Shown: positions 56,132 to 64,000 of the stretch, one piece after another
Layout: the number at the start of each line of letters is the position of its first letter
Numbering within the stretch: the first letter of the stretch is position 1
Assembly: GCA_012295275.1 (NCBI GenBank)
Contig: CM022671.1
Location: 7,564,001-7,628,000 of the forward strand
Reading direction: 5' to 3'
Length of the DNA: 64,000 nucleotides
Source: Chrysomallon squamiferum
Lineage: Eukaryota > Animalia > Mollusca
The notes under the pieces: generated by a model
What the model saw: only the letters and a program-made list of their open reading frames with translations
What the model was told of the DNA's origin: nothing
The model's database searches: none
Made by a program: the position numbers and the translations under genes

Positions 56132-58279
56132 ATGGACGAAAGAGAAAGAAGAAAGCGACGAAGATCAATTCGAAACTTAAGACGTCGATCGATTACACTG
56201 AGTACAGAAAGCGATATTGTTGCAGTGCCATTTGATGTTGAGAAAGAGTATGGAAGTTTATGGCTTGATGCAGTTTTCTTGCCTGGTGCTGACCTTAACA
56301 ATACATCAGATCCAAATAGTAGCAGAATTATTCAAGAGGAGGCAAAAAATCAGAAAAATACATCTTCAGAGTCGTTAGCAATATTTAGACATCCACACCA
56401 TCTGTCTCCAACAGCACTGGCAAGATTTTCTAGTCCAAAGACTTCACCTGTTTACATGTTAACTCAAATAAAAGCCTCAGTAGACGACATTTCAAGGAAT
56501 GGTGATGAAGATCAAAACAGACATTGTTCAGAAGCTGATTGTTTAAATATTACTGACAATATTTTATCACCAAATGTTATACATGAACCAGCACCAATCT
56601 ATTCAAATCCAGATGAAAGTGTAATTCATTCAGTAATAAATGATACAAATGGTAATGATTATTCTCCTGATGAAGATTTAAGTCTTCCTAGTCCACCGAG
56701 TACTCCAGAAATCAGATGTTTAAGAGAATGTACAGTCAGTGAATTCTCAGGTGGAACTCCTGAAATAAAGATGGAAGTTCATAATCACAGCTTTGATGTC
56801 CTAACAGTGAATGCAGAGAATAATAACAACAACCTTTATCCTGAAACTTGTGACAGGGTAGATAACAATTCAAATAAGATAGAGGATGAAAGACAATTTG
56901 AAAATACATCTGTTGTCACTGACCAATTGTCCCATTCACAATCAAATGCAGATGTTGTTTTAAAGTGCCATGTTGCTGATCAGTATTGTGAATCCACTGA
57001 GACTTGTGATGTTGTCCAAAATGATTTTACAGAAATTAATAGTAATGTTGGGAAACTGTTCAGTGATATTTCAGAAAATGATGTGAATGTTCTTAATGAT
57101 ACAGCCAATTCAAATTCATTTGATGGAAATAATTCCTCTTCTGGAGATCTGAAATGCATAAATGAAGAATGCTTTAATAATGATGTGAATGCTCTTAATG
57201 GTACAGCCAATTCAAATTCATTTGATGGAAATAATTCCTCTTCTGGAGATCTGAAATGCATAAATGAAGAATGCTTTAATAATGATGTGAATGTTCTTAA
57301 TGGTACAGCCAATTCAAATTCATTTGGTGGAAATAATTCTTCTTCTGGAGATGTGAAATGCATAAATAGTGACGAATGCTTTAACAATGCCTCTGCCAGT
57401 TTAGTATCAAAAATAACATCAGCTGATCAACTCTTGCCAGTATCACCAACAAATCTTGTGACTGTATCACCTACATGGCAGACAGAAGAAATTCCAGCCA
57501 AGAAAATGTCAAAGAAGAATAAAAATAGAAGAAGAAGTAATTCTTTCTTTCCTGGTCTTTCTGAAACACTTACAAAAAGTCCAAAACAGTCTTCAAGCAT
57601 TCTTGAAGATATTTCAGAAAGTGATTTAAATTCCTGCAGTCAGAGTGATAAAAGTGTTAAGACTAGTGAAAATTTATTACTGAAATCTGACAGCAAAGCC
57701 ACTTCTGGGCAGAAAATGTCTTCAGTCAGAAAAAGAAGACGTATATCAGCTGATTTTAGTACCATACTGGAGTGCAAAGTGTCTGGAGATGTTAGTAAAG
57801 ATGACACATGTACACGACAGACACGAAGACGTTCAATAGAAATCAGTACACTTCTTAATAAGCAGAAATCTGAATCTGGTGAAGCCATTAAGACTGACAA
57901 GAGGTCTACCAGGTCAAGTAGTGATGACAAACAAAACAGCAGCAGCAAACTAAATGAAGAGAAACCTGAAAACGATAAAAAAAATAGAAAGAAAGAGGAA
58001 AATCTAGAACAGTTGTACACAAACAAAAACTTCAAGAAGCCAGAGAGAAATACCTGGGAAAAAATCTTTGAAGAGCCAGTAGATGGTGTTCTGGTTGGTG
58101 GGAGAAAGTTAAGAAGATCACTGGTGTTTGATACAGTCACTGCGGCAAAGAGAAAACAGCGACAGCAGAAAGCAGCCAAACTGGGTTGGGGTGGTAACAG
58201 GAAACAAACGAAACTGGACGATGATTATGTCAGAGATACGATTGATAAAATTGCTTCAGACATAGCAAGCATCGACTAG
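56132..58279 (+). CDS. Tantalus-domain (PRR14/PRR14L-like) largely disordered nuclear protein, 715 aa, single coding exon
   Basis: 2148-nt non-repetitive ORF with a basic NLS-like N-terminus (RRKRRRSIRNLRRR) and an S/N/D-rich body. The C-terminal LEQLYTNKNFKKPERNTWEKIFEEP matches my recollection of the Tantalus motif (Y.NKN.K.P....E.IFEEP). Confidence 0.85.
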   Translation: MDERERRKRRRSIRNLRRRSITLSTESDIVAVPFDVEKEYGSLWLDAVFLPGADLNNTSDPNSSRIIQEEAKNQKNTSSESLAIFRHPHHLSPTALARFSSPKTSPVYMLTQIKASVDDISRNGDEDQNRHCSEADCLNITDNILSPNVIHEPAPIYSNPDESVIHSVINDTNGNDYSPDEDLSLPSPPSTPEIRCLRECTVSEFSGGTPEIKMEVHNHSFDVLTVNAENNNNNLYPETCDRVDNNSNKIEDERQFENTSVVTDQLSHSQSNADVVLKCHVADQYCESTETCDVVQNDFTEINSNVGKLFSDISENDVNVLNDTANSNSFDGNNSSSGDLKCINEECFNNDVNALNGTANSNSFDGNNSSSGDLKCINEECFNNDVNVLNGTANSNSFGGNNSSSGDVKCINSDECFNNASASLVSKITSADQLLPVSPTNLVTVSPTWQTEEIPAKKMSKKNKNRRRSNSFFPGLSETLTKSPKQSSSILEDISESDLNSCSQSDKSVKTSENLLLKSDSKATSGQKMSSVRKRRRISADFSTILECKVSGDVSKDDTCTRQTRRRSIEISTLLNKQKSESGEAIKTDKRSTRSSSDDKQNSSSKLNEEKPENDKKNRKKEENLEQLYTNKNFKKPERNTWEKIFEEPVDGVLVGGRKLRRSLVFDTVTAAKRKQRQQKAAKLGWGGNRKQTKLDDDYVRDTIDKIASDIASID
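57077..57385 (+). repeat. Coding tandem repeat, 3 x 102 bp (34 aa)
   Basis: NDVNVLNDTANSNSFDGNNSSSGDLKCINEECFN units start at 57077, 57179 and 57281 and are near-identical at DNA level. Confidence 0.95.
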
Positions 58280-59728
58280 CATAAATTTAATTAAATAAAT
58301 AATACCATTTTTGTTGTTTTGAGAAATCAGTTCAATTTTATTGAATAGTACAGTTATTAATAAATATTGAATAAGTTAAAAATTTGTTTCAGGATGATGG
58401 TTCCAATGAAGTATGTGTTAGGAATGTCTAAGTATGATAATGAATGTCAATGAATGACAGTTTTACAGCCTTAAAACATGACAGATTTTATATGCTGTTC
58501 TAGCTAATCTTATGCTTTGATCTTGGTGTCAGAATTATTTTCAGGTAGTTTGTGTGCAACAGTCACCATTGATCAAAGGCATGATATACATTATGATTTA
58601 TGCATCTTTTCACTTATTTCACCTTTTAAAAACAAACACAAAACATTCATACTTCAGTTGTTTATTAACTAATCATTTATTAATAAGTACATATATATAT
58701 AAAAATATAACAAATGGCAACATTTTATCAATGTTTTAATTGTTGTATTCTAGTGCTATTACTCTATTTTTTTTTTTTAAATAAACAGATATGATGTCTC
58801 CAATTTTCACTTACAAATTGGCAAATAATACAGTGAAAATGGACCTAGACATGAAAATATAAAAATAATAAATTTTAACATTTATGTGTGGAAATCTTAA
58901 ATATACTGACATATATGCATGTATGTGTGAAAAGATATATGTATATTATTATATATTAATTTTTGTGTGTGTTTGAAAACTATAATTCTGTGTAATAATT
59001 TTCAATGAGTGCATGACAAATCTTTTGTACATTTTTTGTTTTAAATTCTTCTATTTCTAGTTGTTTTTAATAAATTATTATTTTATTTTGTTATAAACAT
59101 AATTAAAAAGAGAATAACAAACCAGTCTTTTCTGTTTTAACTCTTCTCCCACACAACTAACTCTTCAATAAATAATGTAATTTAGGATATCACAGATCTG
59201 TCAGATGCAAAATGAAGGCAACAAAACTGGTCACTTATAATTTTTAACATTAATGTTAACATCTGTTAACAGAATTTAGAAGTAATGAAACCATAAAATA
59301 CGTAAAAAATATTATGCTTAATATTATGGTTTACAGTGTTACTCCTGGTATAACATGATGTATTTCATTAACTAGCTAACTCATCCAGTGAAGCAATATC
59401 AGTGTTCATACTATCTGGATAGTAAAATAAATTGTGTCACAAAGAAATACTACATTAACAGTTGCTGATTACAATTTTGTTTTTGCAAAATGGCCACATT
59501 TTCATATATACAATATCATCTGTATCACATGTTTATATAACTTTGAATCATGCAGCATACATTAATGACTGGAAATGACGCAAGTATTTTTGCAAATCAG
59601 TCAGTGCTGCTGTAATTTTTATGAAAATGGCCACAGAGGACTGGTACAGGTTCACAACCTTTTTCTGTTTTTCTTTTTGTCTTATGTCTACTTTATTCAT
59701 ATTTACAAATGCTTCATGTAATGAAATA

Positions 59729-62700
59729 TCAGGATTCACTTTCAGTGTGGTCTTTCAGTAATGCTTTGGCAGCTTCTTCTCGGGCTCCTAACATTTTCAT
59801 CCTAGCTTTCTTAAAAGCATCTGAAATAATACAATATTTTATAACAATTACATGATAAATATACATCTTATGTAACTAAGGTACAATTATAAAGTTCCTG
59901 CTACCCAATGGGATAAACTAATAAGTCTAAAGTTCATTTTTTAAAAGCTTTTTTTAATTGATTTTAACACCAACCTTTTGCTAATAATAAATAAGAAGAA
60001 TAAAACAAAGGAAACTGACAGGTTGTTTTCACTTATTTTTATTTTTATTTTTTCAGGATGCAGTTTGACTATTTCTTACTTATCTGTTTATGAATCAAAA
60101 TAACAATCTATTCTCAGATGTACTTTATTACTATGAAAGATTGGGAGGGAATAACAATTGACTTGGTCAAAGATATGATTATTTCTTAATTAAAATATTA
60201 CTTATTAAGTAATAGAAATATCTAGGTTATTAAGTAAGCTATATTTAGAAATAAAATGCTGTACCAACCTAAAACATTTTCAATATTTGTATTCATGGCA
60301 GTGATTCTGAAAAATGAACAACACAAAAACACCTACATTATACACATTTGTTAAATTATACATTTTTTAAAGAATATCTATCAATTTGTATGATTATAAA
60401 GTGTATAATATCACATTGTAAAAAATTTCCAAACCAAAATAAATAAAAAAGAAATGAAAAAAACAAAACTTAAACATTATTTTGATAAAAGAAATGGTTC
60501 CCATCAGAAAAATACTTTTCAAAATCAATATAACTGCATTTAAATAAATACTATTATGTAATCATCTGAGATTAGTAATGACATGTACATTCTCAAGTTA
60601 CCAATAACTGGAAATTATCTGTGTAGTGTAATCAGACATAAAATTACTGGTTAATACTCTAGTTATTGTATTAATAAATGTTTATGATCTTATTAATGTA
60701 TATTTTGTCTTTGTTAAATAGTCCATTTAATGCATTCAGAATGAATTTTTCTAACATATAGCATTCATATTTTGTTTAAATTGGAAACAAGTCCTTACAA
60801 AAAAAAATTAATAATAATCATAATCATAAAAAAACAACCTCAAAAAACCAAGAAAATCAAAATCAAAAGAAAAGGGATAAAAGAAAATTTTATCTCATTT
60901 ATAAAAATAAATAAAACGTATCTTGAAAAATAAATTGAAAAAAACAACAAAACAAGTTAAAATAATGAATGAATTGTAATGTAAAACTGGTGTTGCTAAC
61001 CCTAGGTGGTCCAGAATATTTCCTACAGCTCTTTTACTGGCTTTTCTCTCTAGAAATTGTCTGAAAAATTAGAACAAACACATATTACTGATAAAAACAA
61101 AAATTACAGAATTTGATTTTGAAAAATAAATATTGATAAAACCACAATATAAATCCATCATTCCAAATGTTTTGGAATCTCTGTCCCCTTAACATCTCTT
61201 TCCTATCCAACTATTCCATTAGACTGCAAAAATATTTTTGATTTATGATGCACATGGAAATGAATGATTGTAACTGCCTGTTTATTGTTAATAGGGATAA
61301 CCACTGCTTTCTTTGGTATCCACAAATATAAATAATTTACCTACATGATTCAGTTTGTCAGTGATCAAATGAGAGGAAAAATATTGTGTGGGCTCATTAC
61401 TATTACACTATTAATATTTATAAGCATATTACAATGTATGGAAATATTTTTCTTTAACATTGTTATTTTCAAGCTATTGAAAAAAACCCACTGAAAGAAA
61501 GAAACAAACCTTGACTGCATTAATACGTTAAGTCGCAGAGTGACAGTTCCTGTTGATTCAGTTCGGAAGCCAAATTTACTGAGGTTTTTTCCCTGTTGAA
61601 ATAACAGATTAATAAATTATAACATCTTTCATATATTTATTTGTGGGAATGAAATAGAGATTATTGAAAATAAACATTTAAGACAGATCTCTGACTGCTA
61701 TTTGAAATATAACAGTAGTTGTTTACAAATAATATTTAACAGTTTTTGAAAAGATGGCTAAGTTATATTTGTGGTATTTAACTGTTAATGAAAAGCACTC
61801 TTGTAGTTCAAATTATTTACCCTCCAAAAAGTAAATTTTGTTTCCCTTAAGTTACTTCAGTTCTGTGCTAGTTTTATCTAGTACATATAAAAATCCCAGA
61901 TGCTGTCAAGAGCAAACCATAATATGGTCTGTGCAGCAGTTGTGGGACTTCTTTCTCATGTTATTGTTCAGAACTGCATGGATGATATGATAACAGATGA
62001 TATGAAGCAGATATGAAACATTACTAAGCATTGATTTTAACCTGCTTATCAACATGAGAGGAAGAAAGGAGTTTTAGCATTTGAATAATTAAATAAATTT
62101 GTAAAATAATTCATTTGGGAACTTTTTAACCATTAAGTAAGCTTTGGTCTGTTTGCTCTAAAACACAGTCAAATTCATGATTACCTCAAAAGTTGAAGGC
62201 ACACATGTGTAAGTGGGATCTTCAAGTTCAGACGAGCCACCAATGAAAAATCTCCGTAAGCGATCTATAACCGAGTTTCCTATTGGTCGCCAACAGTTGA
62301 TTGTGTGCGTTGTTACACCTTGAAACAAAACAATATAAGATTATTGTTTTTATTTAATTTCAACATTCCAAACGTCAAATGATGAACATATACCAAAATC
62401 AATAATAAATGTTTTGTATGGCTATGAAGTTGAATATAAAAAAATGTCTTTATGTGAATGAAAAAATCTGGCTAGCTTCTTCTAAAATTGTAAAATAATG
62501 TCAGAATTTGCAAAATATGTAGCAGCCAGTGAATGACTTTATTCTAAAATCTTACCTGGTTTTGCAGGAATCTGCATGTACGTGTAACCTTCTGTGCAAA
62601 ACCTGTTCCAAGTGTCAAGTGAAAGAACCTCTATCATGATAACAGGAAAGTGTGGCATATCCTCTGTTAAACAAATATCAAACACTTTAATAGCATTTAC

Positions 62701-63542
62701 AGAAAGCTCAATGTAAACTTATCATATGCTGTACTTGTTATGGTGTTAACAAAGACCCAAAATACATTTCTGTATACTTCTTTGTTTTTCAGAAGATGAG
62801 TGACACTGCAAAGTATCATAAAAAAAGGTGAAAGTTGAATCTACCAGATCTCTCCTCAGACTTGTTATTTTATTATTAAATGCAGCTGTTAATAAAGACA
62901 GATATGCAGAACAAATAAAACTCAGAAATTCACAAAAAGTTTTTTTTATAAAATTTGTTAATACATCATATATGATGGTTCTCCAGCAAAACTGCATCAT
63001 TTACAAGAGCAGCCACTGCCACTGACATCTTAAGATATGGGAACTCTGGATGTAGGTGCCCTTGCAATCTATGTGTGGTCTGACTGTTAATACACAAAAT
63101 TGTTGTTGTATATGTATGGGTCCCGTGGGTTGCTTTGCCTATGATACTGTTAAGATGGTCATTTTTTGCTGCCTAAGAAAAACTGTTGCTGTGCTGGTTT
63201 TTATTAAAGTTTCAGCATAGCTTATGCTTTGATCTTGGAGTCGAAATTATTTTCTGGCAATTTTGTGAAATGACACTTTCATTTATGTCTGGGATACTTT
63301 ATATATGACAGTTTCTATTTGAGTATGTTTTTGTTTATGTATAAAATGATACATGTAAGCTATCATCAGATATTTTACCCTGATATTATAAATGAAAAAA
63401 AATGTACACTTCAGTTACAGTAGTTGAAACTAAATGAAGTTGTAGATATAGTTTATTAATTACCTTTGTTTTCCTCTCTCACTGAATCATTTCTGTAATA
63501 AAATTCTACATTAAAAGGAAAGCTAAAATGAGCGATGTCCTC
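59729..63542 (-). CDS. MKS1: Meckel syndrome type 1 protein (B9/C2 domain, ciliary transition zone), 3' part; exons 63542-63464, 62663-62556, 62318-62185, 61592-61510, 61060-61001, 60306-60269, 59820-59729
   Basis: In-frame GT-AG splicing gives EDIAHFSFPFNVEF...PVIMIEVLSLDTWNRFCTEGY...WRPIGNSVIDRLRRFFIGGSSELEDPTY...LSKFGFRTESTGTVTLRLNVLMQSR...NVLDAFKKARMKMLGAREE...SES*. This matches the MKS1 B9 domain and C-terminal helix. Upstream exons lie beyond the window end. Confidence 0.94.
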
Positions 63543-64000
63543 CTGAAACAAATGAAAAATGGTTTCAGATTATTAGTTAATATATTATTTATTATCACCA
63601 GGAAAGAAAAACTTTATTTTTAATAATATAATATAAAATAAATATAGATAATTATATTTTATTCCTTAGATTCTATAATAGAATTACTAAGTTAATTATA
63701 TCTTTCTGAAAATGGTTACGTAAAGTAACAGGTAAGGCAAAAAAAAAAAAAAAAACAAACAAACTTTTTTTGATTTAATAAATATAAATTTACATGTAAT
63801 TAGAAAAATAAAATATAATTATAAAACATGTGACAATATTATTTTAATTACAAATAGGACGTTAATATTTTAAATACTTATATGTGTATATGTACTATTT
63901 TATAATTATCATAATTGTTATAACATGAATGGAAAAATAAAACAACTGTCACACAAAAATAATAATTTAAAAAAAAAGTGTTTCTGCTTACATTGTTTTC

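Noticed and set aside
56980-58179. Minus-strand ORFs of 135 and 179 aa
   Set aside because: Antisense shadows of the Tantalus-like CDS and its internal repeat.

Overview
AT-rich, microsatellite-dense eukaryotic (animal) genomic DNA. The repeat load and a tRNA-Arg-derived SINE family suggest a mollusc, probably an octopod cephalopod (inference). Almost all ORFs in the supplied track are microsatellite artefacts. Hand-splicing through GT-AG introns with consistent phases gives five genes. (1) The 5' part of a secreted or cell-surface leucine-rich-repeat (LRR) protein gene on the minus strand: signal peptide plus LRRNT exon at 23521-23747, a 23.4-kb intron, and the first LRR exon at 1-66 running off the window. 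(2) A complete 3-exon caveolin (minus, 166 aa). (3) A complete 12-coding-exon UBXN7 (minus, 553 aa). (4) A Tantalus/PRR14-like gene with a single coding exon (plus, 715 aa, with a recent 3x34-aa internal repeat), head-to-head with UBXN7. (5) The last seven exons of MKS1 (minus), convergent with the Tantalus-like gene. Also present are three SINE copies, a decayed RNase H-bearing LINE 3' end, a Tc1/mariner MITE and several minisatellites. I found no CRISPR array, operon or clearly new biological system. The best leads are a frame-preserving 24-nt microexon candidate in UBXN7, inverted SINE and complementary microsatellite pairs that could form intronic dsRNA, a CRE/ETS motif cluster in the large LRR intron, and a sharp CpG-content boundary near 41.3 kb.
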